From Eledone cirrhosa (taxonomy: Eukaryota), in NCBI GenBank assembly GCA_964016885.1, contig OZ024740.1, positions 392,150,001 through 392,214,000 of the forward strand: a DNA stretch of 64,000 nucleotides, in the 5' to 3' direction. Positions 50,373 to 64,000 of this stretch are shown piece by piece. The notes under the pieces were generated by a model, which was given only the letters and a program-made list of their open reading frames with translations, made no database searches and was not told where the DNA came from. A program made the translations under genes and the position numbers. How positions within the stretch are numbered: position 1 is the stretch's first letter; each line of letters begins with the position of its first letter.

Positions 50373-51061
50373 CATATATATATATATTTAGAGAGAGAGA
50401 GGGGGGGGGGGCCGCATGATGATTGTGTGTATTGGGCGTTTGACCGCCATGCCTTCGAAGTAGCGGGTCGCGGTCGAGGAAGCGGGAGTTTCGAAAGAAG
50501 GAAGAAGGAACGGATTTTGTTTTTTGTTTTGAAAATACGCTAGAATTAGGAATTGAGGTTTGAAAATACGCTAGGAATTAAGGTTTGAAAATACGCTAGA
50601 TTAAGAATTAAGGAATTTATAAGAAGGAGAAGAGATAGAAGGTAATGATTGAATGGGGTCCTTGCACATTTAACTAGCGATTAACAAAAATACAAAATTT
50701 GTTCTGTTCAATACGACCAAAAACTTTCGTATCTAACAATTAATAAATACAAAAAATGTAGATTGTTTTAGCGATAGATTGGCTATTTGGACTTGATACG
50801 AAATATGGAGTGTGGAGGTAGAGATGGAGAAAAGTATGTACATTACGTTACATGAATATCGTGGAGTAGACAGCAAAGCAATGAAATTTGGCGAAGTGAA
50901 TTTCTATCATATATATATATATATAAAGAGAGAGAGGGGGGGGGGGATGGCCGCATGATGATTGTGTGTATTGGGCGTTTGACCGCCATGCCTTCAAAGT
51001 AGCGGGTGGGGGTCGAGGAAGCGGGAGTTTCGAGTTTCGAAAGAAGGAAGAAGGAAAGGAT
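50098..51061. repeat. 535-bp-period tandem duplication at the RTE 5' end
   Basis: AGATAGAAGGTAATGATTGAATGG starts at 50098 and 50633; second unit is truncated at 51061; three TTTGAAAATACGCTAG subrepeats in 50528-50600. Confidence 0.9.
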
Positions 51062-51827
51062 ATATATATATATATATCATATATATATATATATCATATA
51101 TATATATATATATCATATATATATATCATATATATATATATATATCATATATATATATCATATATATATATCATATATATATATATATCATATATATATA
51201 TCATATATATATATATATATATCATATATATATATCATATATATATATATATATACATATATATCATATATATATATATATCATATATATCATATATATA
51301 TATATATCATATATATCATATATATATATGTATATATATATCATATATATATATGTATATATATCAAATATATATATGTATATATATCATATATATATAT
51401 GTATATACATATCATATATATATATCATATATATATATGTATATATATATCATATATATATATATATCATATATATATGTGTATATATATCATATATATA
51501 TATGTATATATATATCATATATATATATATGTATATATATATCATATATATATATATGTATATATATATCATATATATATATGTATATATATATCATATA
51601 TATATATATATGTATATATATAGCATATATATATATGTGTATATATATCATATATATATATATATCATATATATATATATCATATATTTATATATCATAT
51701 ATATATATGTATATATATATATTATATATATGTATGTATATATATATCATATATATATGTATATATATATCATATATATATGTGTATATATATCCTATTT
51801 ATATATATCATATATATATGTATATAT

Positions 51828-51858
<31 letters not shown>

Positions 51859-52237
51859 CATATATGTATATATATCATATATATATGTATGTATATCATA
51901 TATATATGTATATATATCATATATATATGTATATATATATCATATATATATGTATATATATATCATATATATATGTATATATATCATATATATATGTATA
52001 TATATCATATATATATGTATATATATCATATATATATGTATATATATCATATATATATATATCATATATATATATATATATATCATATATATATATATAT
52101 ATATATATCATATATATATATGTATATATATCATATATATATGTATATATATCATATATATATGTATATAGATATCATATATATATGTATATATATATAT
52201 ATCATATATATATGTATATATATATATCATATATATA

Positions 52238-52269
<32 letters not shown>

Positions 52270-52581
52270 CATATATATGTATATATATATATCATATATA
52301 TATATATATTATATATATATATATATATATCATATATATGTATATATATATCATATATATATATATATGTATATATATCATATATATATATATGTATATA
52401 TATATATATGTATATATATCATATATATATATGTATATATATCATATATATATATATATCATGTATATACATACATATTATATATGTATGTATTTATATA
52501 TCATATATATATATGTATATATATCATATATATATATATATCATGTATATACATACATATTATATATGTATGTATTTATAT

Positions 52582-52622
<41 letters not shown>

Positions 52623-52702
52623 CATGTATATACATACATATTATATATGTAAGTATTTATATATCATATATATATATATGTATATATATCATATATATCA
52701 TA

Positions 52703-52742
<40 letters not shown>

Positions 52743-52767
52743 TATATATCATATATATATATGTATA
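51062..52767. repeat. 1.7-kb ATC- and G-interrupted (TA)n array
   Basis: Directly visible; a similar array lies at 54088-54500. Confidence 0.95.
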
Positions 52768-54087
52768 TCATCATCATCATCATCGTTTAACGTCCATGTT
52801 CCACGCTTGCATGGGTTTGGACGGAAGTTTTCCCACTTGAGGCAAGAGTGGTTGTCTTGCTCGCATAGGAGAGTCTGGCGGGTTCTCTACAACTGGATGC
52901 CCTTCCTAACACCAACCACATTTACAGTGTGGGACTGGGAGGTTTTTACCGTGTTGCCTACACGGCCACATTACAGCGTGGACTGTGCGTTTTTTGTTGT
53001 GACACCTACACGATCTCATTTGTTTCGGCCTGGATGTTGTGGCACCAACGTATCTTTACATTGAAAGGGGTGGTGTGGATGGGGTGGGGGTGGTGGGACG
53101 GGGGGTGTATTTTGTTAGAGATGCCTACTGACTGTAGTAGGTTTTACCTTGTATTTAGGTAAGGCGGGTCTTCTCTATTACTGAGTGCCGCCAAAGATCT
53201 CGGTCCAGTAAAATTGTCTTGGCGAGGTGTAAGTGTGTGAGGTCGGAGTTTATCAGGTCGTCCCAGGTTTTTCCGGGTCTGCCTACTCCGTGGCTACCGT
53301 CTATCTTTATTGCCCTGCACCTTTTTTATACAGCTGTCATCTTTCATGCGCATCACGTGACCATACCAACGTAGCCTTCTCTCGAGTAAACAACATCTGA
53401 TCCCTCTTATTTCTAATTTTTTCCCTTAGTTTGTTTATGCTTTGCTGTTCGCGTATATTACTATTACACATCCAGCGGAGCATGCAAGCTTCGTTCCTCT
53501 CTAGTCTGCGTATATCCTCTGCACACAATGCCCAGGTCTCACTGCCATGCAACATTGCTGTTCGTATGCAGGCATCATACAGCCTGCCTTTCATTTTTAG
53601 GGAGAACCCTTTAGCTCCTAATAGTGGTATAAGCTCTCTGAACTTTTTCCAACCAGTTCTGACTCTAGCTACTGTACTTTCAGAGCACCCTCCCCCATTG
53701 CTGATTTTGTCACCCAGGTAACGGAAGCTGTCCACTATTTCTATAGAAACATCTGCGCAATTGAAAGAGCTAGTATTCTGTGGGCACTTGCTGCTACTTA
53801 TTGCACCAGAGCACCGGCCACATGTAAAATCTATGTTCTTAGTTAGCTTACCTGTGATCCCACTACATCTTTTATGCACCCATACTTTGCATTTGGGACA
53901 TAAAATGGAGTTTCTACCTACGCCTTTCCTACACACTGAGCATGGCCATTTCCCGGAAGGGACCGGCGCCTTATTCTCTTTCCTACAAACTAGAACTTTA
54001 GTCTTAGCCAGGTTAATTTTAAGGCCTTTTGATTCTAGGCCGTGCTTCCATGTTTGGAATTTCTTCTCTATCTCCGCCATTGATTCA
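52768..54087 (-). mobile_element. 5'-truncated RTE LINE (subfamily A)
   Basis: (CAT)n tail, 3' UTR, ORF 53337-54116 with PHD finger and C-terminus, frameshift near 53420. Confidence 0.93.
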
Positions 54088-55539
54088 TATATATCATATA
54101 TATGCATATATATCATATATATATATATATATCATATATATCATGTATATACATACATATTATATATGTATGTATTTATATATCATATATATATGTATAT
54201 ATATCATATATATGTATATATATCATATATATGATATATATGTATATATATCATATATATCATTTATATATCATATATATATATATGTATATATATCATA
54301 TATATCATTTATATGTATATATATCATATATATCATTTATATGTATATATATCATATATATCATATATGTATATATATCATATATATCATATATATATGT
54401 ATATCATGTATATACATACATATATACATATTATAAATGTATGTATTTATATATCTATATACATACATACATATATATATATATGTATGTATTTATCATC
54501 TATATACATACATGCAATACATATAAGATATCAAATTTTTTTATATTTAGTTAATAAGTTATTCAGTAAGTTATTCAGTAGAAGAAGGGCAGTGCCCATG
54601 ACCTTTACAGACCCTCCAAGACTGGTGACATTCTCAAGTATAGCTTATAGTTTTGTGCCTCCTTGAAGAGAATAGGGCTGTTCCACACATGAAAACAGTC
54701 AAATAGTTAAACAATAGTGTGATTTTATTAATTTTTAAAGTAATATATTCTGCATCTGATTACAGATGTTTGTCGCTCTTGCTATCAGAAATGCAGTGAA
54801 CTTGTACTCTCAACCTGTTTGAAATAGCAGCCAAATATCCCTCAAATCACACCTTACTAACTTAAAAATGAAGGACACATTGCTTAATGTAATCCTTCTC
54901 AACTTTTCTGAAATTGTATGAAAGAGGTTTCAGCTTTCTTTTCAGAGTTAAGAAATATTTCAAATTTGAGGATGTATTCATTCTTCTACAAAGTGCAAAT
55001 ATACTTCTACAGCAGAGCCCAGTTCACATGGCTTGGCTGGAAGCAACATTCTGAAGAAAGCAACCTATCCTCTTTTACTAAAATATCTTGTCGTTACTTA
55101 GTCTATTCTTACACTGTATCTAACCTCTGCCAATTCTACTGGTACAATAATTGAACTTGTAATCCGGTATGTCATTTGTATATGCATGCTGAACATTTGT
55201 GTAATTATATCCTAGAAATAAATGATTGAAATATCATTTTTATCTTGTCACTTCTACATGTCAGTAATCAACATAAACTATAGGGTATCTCTAAAGCAAA
55301 CCATAAATTTATCAAAATGCAAATGTCACAGTTTGAATGATTGTTCATATATCCATTAATCTTGGATTATATAGAATATCAATGTTGGACTCCAAAAATT
55401 AAATACATTCAATGTTATTGCTGTTAATATTGACGATACTGATCAAATAGTATTTAAATAACTGCACTGTATGTGTGTTTGTGTGTAAGTAAATCTATTC
55501 CACAGGTCACCACCATAAATGAAACTTAAGGGTCAGTCC

Positions 55540-55940
55540 GTTTCATGATCCTAGCCAACACAAGATGAAGACATTACCCAGAGGATGGTAAGCGAGATGT
55601 GCTGGAACAGCCACTCCACCTCACGGGGCTCACACTCTGATATCAGTGAGTAGGGATATGGCATAGGGACCAATAATGCTGGAAATCTCCGCTGCCACAG
55701 GCTCAATTACAAACGTATCAGAGTGTGGCCTGTACTTTGACAGTTTGCCCCTTTTAGTCTGGTGGGCAGCAAAGCACTCCAGGTTACTACTGCTAGAAAA
55801 GGTGACACAACATGTGTCATCCCAGATAAGGGGCCTATCCCTGCAGAATGGGAAGATTATCATGTCGTCTTGCATTTTGCTGTCCCCTTGGTTTAGCCCA
55901 GCTGGCTTGAGCTAAGTAGGAAATTTGCACCATCCAAGCC
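55540..55940 (-). pseudogene. CRE-like LINE endonuclease relic
   Basis: Minus strand PAGLNQGDSKMQDDMIIFPFCRDRPLIWDDTCC, KLSKY, FVIEPVAAE, PREVEWLFQHISL resembles a decayed RPDG-type restriction-like endonuclease. Confidence 0.6.
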
Positions 55941-56424
55941 ATGCTTTATAACCTCAACTTAAATTGACATATTGCACCTGTCTCCTAGCCTCTTGCTGCC
56001 CATATCAACTCTTTCTTTTTCAGTTTCTCTGTGTCTCTCTGCCTCTCTCTTATCTTCTCTTGCATATACTATGTAAATATCTTTCTCAAACAGCATGGCT
56101 TCTGCTGAGGTCAATTTTACCTTTCTTTCTTCCAGGATCAATAAAGTGTTGGTCAAGTTCTGGGTTTCATATAATCGACCCTTCTCTCAATGGAAAGATT
56201 TGTTTATGTACTTATATTTATCCTTACACTAGTGCAGATAGTCAGTTGTTTGATTTTCAGTCATTAGAGGTATCCATCAATAGTTAATCAGCTCTGGTAA
56301 TTTGTTTTATAGCAGGTAAGAGATGATCATATGGACCCAATTACTCCACTGCTACTAATTTTATGTACCTCAGAAATATGAAAAGAAATGTGAACTTTGG
56401 TGGGATTTGAACTTGGAGCATAAA

Positions 56425-56570
56425 TATTGGTTTCTGATTTAGCCACAAGGCCAACAATTTTGTGGGAGAAGAAAGTCGACTAAGTCAACCCCAGTGCATT
56501 ACTGGTACTTTATTTTATCGACCCCATAAGGGTGAAAAGCAAAGTTAAAGTAGGCAGGATTTGAACTCAA
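56425..56570 (-). mobile_element. Deu/Nin-like SINE fragment within a cluster of older copies (about 56090-56570)
   Basis: CTGGTACTTTATTTTATCGACCCCATAAGGGTGAAAAG core in reverse. Confidence 0.75.
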
Positions 56571-57532
56571 GAAATGTTGTCCAATGCACTACCCAATTTG
56601 TGACAGCAACACTCATATCTTAACTGAATTCATTAATATATATTGTACTTTATGTCATTTTTATAAACATTAAGAAAAACAGAAAGAAGGAGATAAAGAA
56701 AGATTGGTGGAGGAATATGCTTCTTTCAGATGGTGACATTGTTGTTTTAGATGTTTGGGAAAAGCAGAATTTCTAATAAACTAACCATCTTGAAAATAAA
56801 ATCTTTAATCTGAACTTAATTCTTAAGAAACAAGAGAACAAACAAACAAACAAAAAAAAAACACTAACAATGAAAAAAACCCATTACTGTCTGATAAAAA
56901 GACAAAAGGAGAAAAAGTTCGGAAGTTTTTCTACAGCTGTTTTATTGTTAGCTTTATTAATTCCCAATAGAAATTGCTAGGAATAAAAGTGAAAATAATT
57001 TTTTAAATGTAATACACAAGAAGAGACAGAGGTGGTAGAATCTAAACTGATGATAATGAGAATGGCAGCTGTGGTAATAGTAATTCCAGTAAATAAAAGT
57101 GGTGGAAATGATGAGGCTAGTAGTGATGACTGACGAGGTGGTAGAGGTGATGATGGTAATGTAATAGTTGTAATGGTAGTGGAGGTGGTGATGATATCAG
57201 CAACAAAATGAAGGTCTTAGTTTTTGTTGTTGGTAGTGGAATTGTATTCCATCTATACGTAATGGTTCTATGAGTATGGTATAATCTTAATTACAAATGA
57301 ATGAAATGAATTACATAAAATACCATACATCTGAAGAATCAACTCTATATGTGAAAATACATATATATATATATGAAACATCCAACCTTACAGTAGGATA
57401 ACTTAAGGGCTAGGTGTTCTATCTCTCTCTTCTCTCTCTCTCTCTATATATATATATATGTATGTATTTATATGATCAGAGAATATAATATATTTTAATA
57501 CAGTTACAGAAACACTCATGACAATAATACAA

Positions 57533-57784
57533 CAAGCATTTCTCAAATAATGGTTTCTTATATAGGCACAAGGCCAGCAATTTGGGGGGAGGGGAAGTCG
57601 ATTAAATCGACCCCAGTGCGTGACTGGTACTTTATTTTATCAACCCCATAAGGATGAAAGGCAAAGTTAATCTCGGCAGCATTTGAACTTAGATCATAAA
57701 GGGATGTAACTCTATACTGCAAATCATGGCGTCCGACCCTCTACCGGTACTGCCAATCCACCGCCCAAGCATTTCTCAAATAAT
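57533..57784 (-). mobile_element. Full-length Deu/Nin-like SINE with 19-bp target-site duplication
   Basis: CAAGCATTTCTCAAATAAT at 57533-57551 and 57766-57784 flanks the SINE body 57552-57765. Confidence 0.92.
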
Positions 57785-58502
57785 AGGCTTGACATAGTCC
57801 TGTCACTTTCAGCTGTGAAAATATAGTACCCAATATTGGAGCTACCAAATCATAATGTTGTGTTGTCATACCAGCATATGTACATAATATGTATATGCAT
57901 ATATTCCTATCTGACTGATATATGAATGGCTATGCTTTGCTGACTGTTTAATTAGACCAAGACATGTCCAAAGTTCATCAGATAAGATTATTTTTCCCCT
58001 CTCACTGCAATTCTCAGTATAACATACTTCATCTACTCAAATATAAGTTGATCTGAATATAAGCCGACCCTGCCCTTTCATGTCTGAGAAATGGGCAAAA
58101 ATCCAAATGTTGTTTATAAGCCAAGGCAGCTAATAAACACATGTTTAGATGGTGTGGTTTTGAAATTCTCATGAGTATAAAATATATTTTTGAAGTTTAA
58201 AATATTTTAATGTTTAAAATGTTTTAAGTGTTGTTTAGAGAACAGTTTTTGTTCACAACTCTATTATATAATGAGTCTCCATTATGTTAAGTTTTAGTAA
58301 GTTTCTCGAATTTTTGTTTACTTCCGACCACTCATATGCTAGAAATACATTAAAAATGAAAGGTTGAATAAGAGAACTTTGTATAGGGATTCATAGAGTA
58401 GAAGAGGGAGGGAAAGACAACAATTGAAGTTACATAACTTGGTAGGGAGTCAATTAAATGATCCAGTGTTAATAAGATCATCACTGTGCAAATGAAGGAT
58501 AT

Positions 58503-58700
58503 TAATTATTTCTACTTTTGGCACTAGGCCAGGATTAGTCAATTTAATCAATGCCAGTATTTGACTAGTACTTTATTTTATTGACCTTAGAAATATGAAA
58601 GGTAGAGTTGACCTTGGTGAAATTTGAACTCTGAAGAGGTAATGAGCTATAATAAACACTGCAAGGTATTTTGTCTGATACCTTAATACTAATAATTTCT
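58503..58700 (-). mobile_element. Older diverged Deu/Nin-like SINE
   Basis: Degenerate reverse match to the SINE core and B box. Confidence 0.6.
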
Positions 58701-58779
58701 GCTAATGATTATTTCAAAGCAAAAAATCTATGTGAAATGTAACTGATTGAATTGACTCTCTGTATATATGTCAAGCTTG

Positions 58780-58993
58780 TTAGCTTTAGTATTTGAACCG
58801 ACTATATCTGGCCAGAATTCTTTCACCTCTTTCTGTTCAAACCAGCTGTAACCGGCTGCTCATACTGATGTTATGGTATTGTTCTCAAAATAAATAATAT
58901 CAAAATCTCATAGATTCGATATTATGTAAGATAAAGCCTTTACTGTGAAAATACAATAGTAAATACTGAGTAACGTAAATGCTTAAGGGGTTT
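58780..58993. mobile_element. piggyBac-type MITE (family 1), degenerate ends
   Basis: Body matches 27302-27508; termini mutated. Confidence 0.7.
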
Positions 58994-60692
58994 ACCCTAT
59001 TAGTATATTTGAATTTCAGTGTGAACTTCTGCTAGTTGGTGCTTGGAAAGGAAAACTGACAAAGAAGTAATTTTAGTTTTCTGTCTATGGGGGAAGATGG
59101 GAGAAATGTTTGTGATTTAAATTTTAAAAATACTTTCATTAAAACCATATGAGCCTTTCTGAGACATTAATTACTATATTTATGAAAGGAGATAGTCTGC
59201 TCACTGATTTACTGGTATATTCTAATTATTTATTTCACAAATATAATTATAGAATATGTTCTTCACATTCTAGATTCTGATCAGAAATAATTTGATTCTT
59301 TGCTCAATACCCAGTCTGTTGTTTTAGCTATAACTATTGTAGGAATTGTTTGCCAATCTCTGTATACATTAAAACAAAATTAATGTTGATTATGGAAACA
59401 GATACAGATAGATCCATTTTATTTATTTTTATTTTTTTAAATTTTTTTTTTTTACAAAGAAAATGAAATATCATTTATAAGATCTATTAATGATGGAATT
59501 TAAAAATGTATATTGTAGGATAGCACTGAATCTTTTTAACTTTCAGTGGTATTTGATATTTCTTCTCATCTTTTTAAAATGTTTTTAGTATAATATTTAT
59601 ATAGAAGCTAATTTAAATGAAGTATATTCTTGATATGTAACCATAATAGAACTGAGAGCCATATCTTAAACACACTCTAGAAAAATCTTATGAAATGCAA
59701 CCTCATAGATGGCCAGCTAAGCCTGCAAGTTGTGAGCCATAACAATAGAAACAATTCTGGCATATCACTGAACCCGCTAGAAGTAGATGTAATTAAGGTT
59801 TTTATCTGAGATTTGATAAATTTATTTATTTATCAAGTATTCTTTTGAGAAATGAACTTGAGGTATTAGAGAAACACACTTCTGATGTTGTTCACTCCCA
59901 GGTCAGCTCTGATCTAGCAGATGTATGATCAAAGCATTCCAGCTGTGATAGGTTCATTTTTTCCCTATGTGCTGGGAATCCAAGAACATATCATCCAACA
60001 TGTCCTTTTCTAAGAGTGTAGGGTGTGATTTGGAGGAAGGTTTTATGTTTCTATCTGAATGTTAGCATTGACTCCAAATGCTCTAAAAGACTTCAGGGTT
60101 CATTCTGCTTCATAGATAGAGATTTCTAAATGAAAGGTCATTCTCTTCCAAACTTAACAGGGAATGTTTCAATCAATGTCAACTCACTTTAGGATTAGAT
60201 TTCTCTATCTTCTTTATACATATTGCATTTTTTATTCCCCTTCTTTACTAATCTGCTAGTTTGACCAAGATTGACAGATACCCTCATCTAAGCTTGAAAC
60301 AAAAGTAAAAAAACAAAAATGACCTTTTCTTAATAACCTCCAAAATCAGTCAGGTTGAAAGCTATATTTATGGCATCTGAAATTCTATCTGCATGCACTT
60401 GTTCCAATTCACAAAGGAAAATATCCTATTTACCGGATGACCATTTTCCACAAATTTGATGTAAACAGCATCATTTTCCGACACAGAACAATCACATAAC
60501 CCCATCAATCATAACTTAAATAAAATTGACTTCCTCCAGCTCATAGGAATTTTCTCCCTTCACCTTAACCACAGTCCATATACACTTTTATTCTGAATCA
60601 TACTTTGTTAGTATTATTGCTAATATATGTATATATGTGTGTGTGTGCATTGGCGATAGCACTAAGACATCATTTAAGCATAATAGAGGTAT

Positions 60693-61338
60693 ATCATCAT
60701 CATTATCATCATCACCGTTTTACGTCCGTTCTTCCACACTAGCATGGGTTAGACGGGTTGTCGTGTTGTAGGCAGTGTCCGGTCGGCTGACCTTGTCTTG
60801 CTCATACGGGAACTGATTCTGGCTTGATTTCTACAGCTGTATGCCCTTCCTAACACCAACCTCATTTACAGTGAGTGCTGGGTGCTTTTTTTCCATGGTG
60901 CCTACACGTCCACTTTACAGTGTGGGCTGGGTGATTTTTTGCCGTGGCACCTCCACGACGACTTTGCAGTGGAAGGGTCTGAGGGAATATTGTCTATATG
61001 CTTCAGCTTCAGCTTGTACCCATGGGGGGTCGGGTCTTCTGTATTATTGCGTGACGCCAGAGGTCACGGTCGTGAGTCATCGCCTTTGAGAGGTGTAATT
61101 GGGTAAGGTCGGCTTTTATCACCTCATCCCAGGTCTTCTTGGGTCTCCCCACTCCGCGGTTTCCATCGACTTCTACTGTTCTGCACCTTTTTATGCAGCT
61201 GTCATCCTTCATACGCATCACATGTCCATACCAACGCAACTGCCTCTCTTGCACACAGCATTTGATTCCTCTTATGCTCAGTCTCTCTCTCAATTCGTTT
61301 ATGCTTTGCCGTTCACGTATATTACTATTACACATCCA
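60693..61338 (-). mobile_element. RTE LINE 3' fragment (subfamily B)
   Basis: ORF 61009-61389 C-terminus WMCNSNIRERQS to TRPPMGTS, B-type UTR, (CAT)n tail. Confidence 0.92.
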
Positions 61339-61829
61339 TAAAGACATATACAATACGTTTATATATAATAAACATATACATAGCCTCATTGCCGAAGAAA
61401 AATATTTTTTTGTAACGAAACAAAATAGAAAAAAAAAAATTTTTTTCTTTTAAATATTTTCCTCTATAAGTTGCCAGTATATTCTGAGAATATCAGACGA
61501 CAGGTAGCCTCGCTGTCAAAGAAAAATAATGTTTCATAATGATACAAAAACGAAATGAAAAAAAAATATTTTTCTCTATTTTCCTCTATGAATATATCAT
61601 AGAGTTGCCTGTATATTCTGAGAATGTCAGACAACGCTGTTTCAAAATTTGTTAATCTTTCATCAGTGACACTGACTCAGAACATACTGGCATGGAATAG
61701 ACTATAGTCTATATAGTATTTTGCATGATGACCACCTGCTGGAGATGCTCATTTGCATATAGCAAATAGAAAACATCAGCTGGAAGTGGTCATTTGCATA
61801 TAGTGCAAGTAGTTACCTCTCTTTTCTTT

Positions 61830-62170
61830 GTCTCCTTGTAGAAGTTTACATTGATACTGCCGCACCAATCATTGAGTATGGCACCGCTCTGTACAACTTG
61901 ATTAATTATGTGTACGACTAGCTCATAATCTACCATGTTGGATCATTTGGCATCTCCATAACTTTATGGAATGGTTCAACTGCCTTCCTAATCTTCATAT
62001 ATCCTTAATTGGTTTGTCTATCATACTGCTGTCCTTCAATTGGGTCTCCATGGTGTTGGCCCTCACTGTCCCATATACACTCTTTGTTGAACAGTTTTTC
62101 TTTTCATGTTGATTGTCACCTTTTGAAATTGATACATCTTGCTAGAAAACATTTCTTTTCCTGGTGGTCT
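61830..62170 (-). pseudogene. Old RTE LINE relic
   Basis: Minus strand DPIEG and HIINQVVQSGAILNDWCGSINVNFYK match the pre-RT region of the RTE ORF. Confidence 0.65.
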
Positions 62171-63284
62171 TTGACAATGATATCTGGTTAATTTGCCTTA
62201 ATCTCAGTGTGGAAATTGTAAATTTGTTGAAAGTTGAGTGAGAATTGTAAATATTACCTGAAGGATTAGGCCTACTCTTAAGCTTGCCCCTATAGGTCAA
62301 AAGGAGACAGCTAAGAGAGGGTATATGTCCTTGGTGGTCAGCATAACTCAGGATCGATGGTGTTTTTTTTATTAGCCTTAGGTAGCTATCCAGCCTACTG
62401 GGGTTTTTTCTTTGTTGGCATTTCTTTGTTTTGAGTATTTTCTTTTTACACATTTTAATATAAACCTTCATTGTGTTGTATCCTGCCCTTTATACCATTT
62501 CCATTGCCAGGCCTCGATGGCTGATAAAGCCATTATTATCGTTATCATTATTACTTTTAGTATGAGTACTATAGGTTGTTTTAAGGCCATTTTCCTTGCT
62601 AAAGCAGAGGTTAGACTTGCAGGCTCTATGAGGTCCTTATTTTGATGCAATGTTTTATAGCCAAGTGCCCTTCCAGGCACCAACTCTTTTAATTATATGG
62701 ATATGGTGTACCTATTCCAAACTAAATACACATCAGTAAACTGCATACACATCACTATCATCATCATCATTTAACATTCATTTTCCTTGCTATTACTGTT
62801 ATTATGAGGCTTGTATTCTTTTTCTTTTGTGGAACAGGTGGACTAGAAAATATAAGCCTTCTCACTGAAGGAATATAGTTACACAGACAGTGCTACATAT
62901 CTGAGTACCACCATTACTGTTGTTTATCTTAGCTTGAATTTTTTGTAAATGTGAAAGGCAGATAAGAAGTTCTTGAGTTGCTCACTAAAAGTTTAGGTAA
63001 ATGATAAGTGCAAGAAGTGAAATGGGTGTTTCCATGACCTTCATGAAGTGAACAGCATGAAGACTATGATTGACTTTGTCTGGTATGTATGGAAAGAGTA
63101 GGTAGTAAGTTATATTGTTGTCTGGATAATGTAGTTAATGGTTTATATACAATTTACTATATATGTCTGCCTATGCAATAATGATATATTAAGATAAAGG
63201 ATTTTAGAGATGACTTGTTCAGTCATTGATTTGTGAAGGTTCCAATGTAGGTGATATTAGTGTTTGTGTGTCTGTCTGAGGATA

Positions 63285-63288
<4 letters not shown>

Positions 63289-63365
<77 letters not shown>
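63289..63365. repeat. (TG)n microsatellite
   Basis: Directly visible. Confidence 0.97.
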
Positions 63366-63515
63366 AAATGGAGTCAAATCTCTGGAGATATGTTTTATTA
63401 CTCAAAAAGAATGCATATGTTATTTAGGATAAGGTAAGATAAGTGTTTTACTTGATTATTGGCAAGGAGAATGATGACAGTATTGTATTTAGCTTTCATA
63501 AGTTTCTTTTGCTTA

Positions 63516-64000
63516 TCTATATATATAAAACTGTGGTTGTCTGTCTGTCTATCGATTTTTGGCACACATCTCCTCTTAGAATCTCTCACGGAATTGCACC
63601 GAAATTGCTATACTTGTACATTGAGCCCTAGCGAAGACATCGGAAAAAAAAAATTTCAAATTGACCCACCCTATGTGACGAAATCGAATATAATGTATCG
63701 ATTTTTGAGCGTAAGTTATCAGTTATTTCCCTTTGTTCTGTTTACATTGAGCGTCTTACGTAAAAAATTACGCTGGCTTTCTCAGCGTTTAAAATGACAT
63801 TTGCAAAATTCATCAGTTCGAACACTAAGCTTCCGTTTTGCTTCATTTCCATTTAAAAGCATTTTAAAACAATATTCTTACTTGAAAACAAGTCTATTTA
63901 AAGACTATGTAAAACAAGCAAATATTTCGTCGTTAGGCGTGCAGACAGACAGTCGTGCAGAGAGGTGATATACGCGTGCAGACAGACAGTCGTGCAGAGA
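63516..64000 (+). mobile_element. 5' part of a non-autonomous Helitron running off the window
   Basis: A|TCTATATATATAAAACTG then (GTCT)n, the same architecture as the 5' end of 16750-17346; internal repeat GCGTGCAGACAGACAGTCGTGCAGAGA twice at the window end. The 3' end is not visible. Confidence 0.65.

Noticed and set aside
50410-50500. ATGATGA box C-like motif and reverse-strand TTCCTCG (HDV L3-like) in the duplicated unit
   Set aside because: No downstream CTGA box D; the putative loop is too long and the pairing is not kept in the second unit.
50521-50600. Three TTTGAAAATACGCTAG repeats resembling a CRISPR repeat
   Set aside because: Spacers are only about 9-15 bp and similar to each other; eukaryotic context with no cas genes.

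Overview
AT-rich, microsatellite-laden animal genomic DNA with no host exon that I can support. The repeat repertoire suggests a coleoid cephalopod, probably Octopus (inference). The window is dominated by transposons. Two large islands (about 7-22 kb and 35-54.5 kb) are built around (TA)n tracts. They hold about a dozen copies of an RTE-clade LINE (APE endonuclease plus RT with a PHD-type finger inserted inside the RT, (GAT)n tail), including two near-intact copies in opposite orientation (ORFs 12140-15394 + and 46740-50204 -). They also hold a 5'-truncated Penelope-like element (RT, CxCx5Cx5C, GIY-YIG) ending in a hammerhead-ribozyme motif with an unusually large stem II, and a CR1/RTE inverted composite. 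Elsewhere there are R4/Dong-like and CRE-like LINE relics, tRNA-derived SINEs, TTAA-flanked piggyBac-type MITEs, a Tigger-like MITE and two non-autonomous Helitrons. The most unusual observation is four unrelated short fold-back insertions in microsatellites. At least one folds back exactly at what looks like stem II of a hammerhead, suggesting snap-back products of Penelope-type retrotransposition. All YIYI-type ORFs are microsatellite artefacts. No database search was possible; family names rest on motif recognition.
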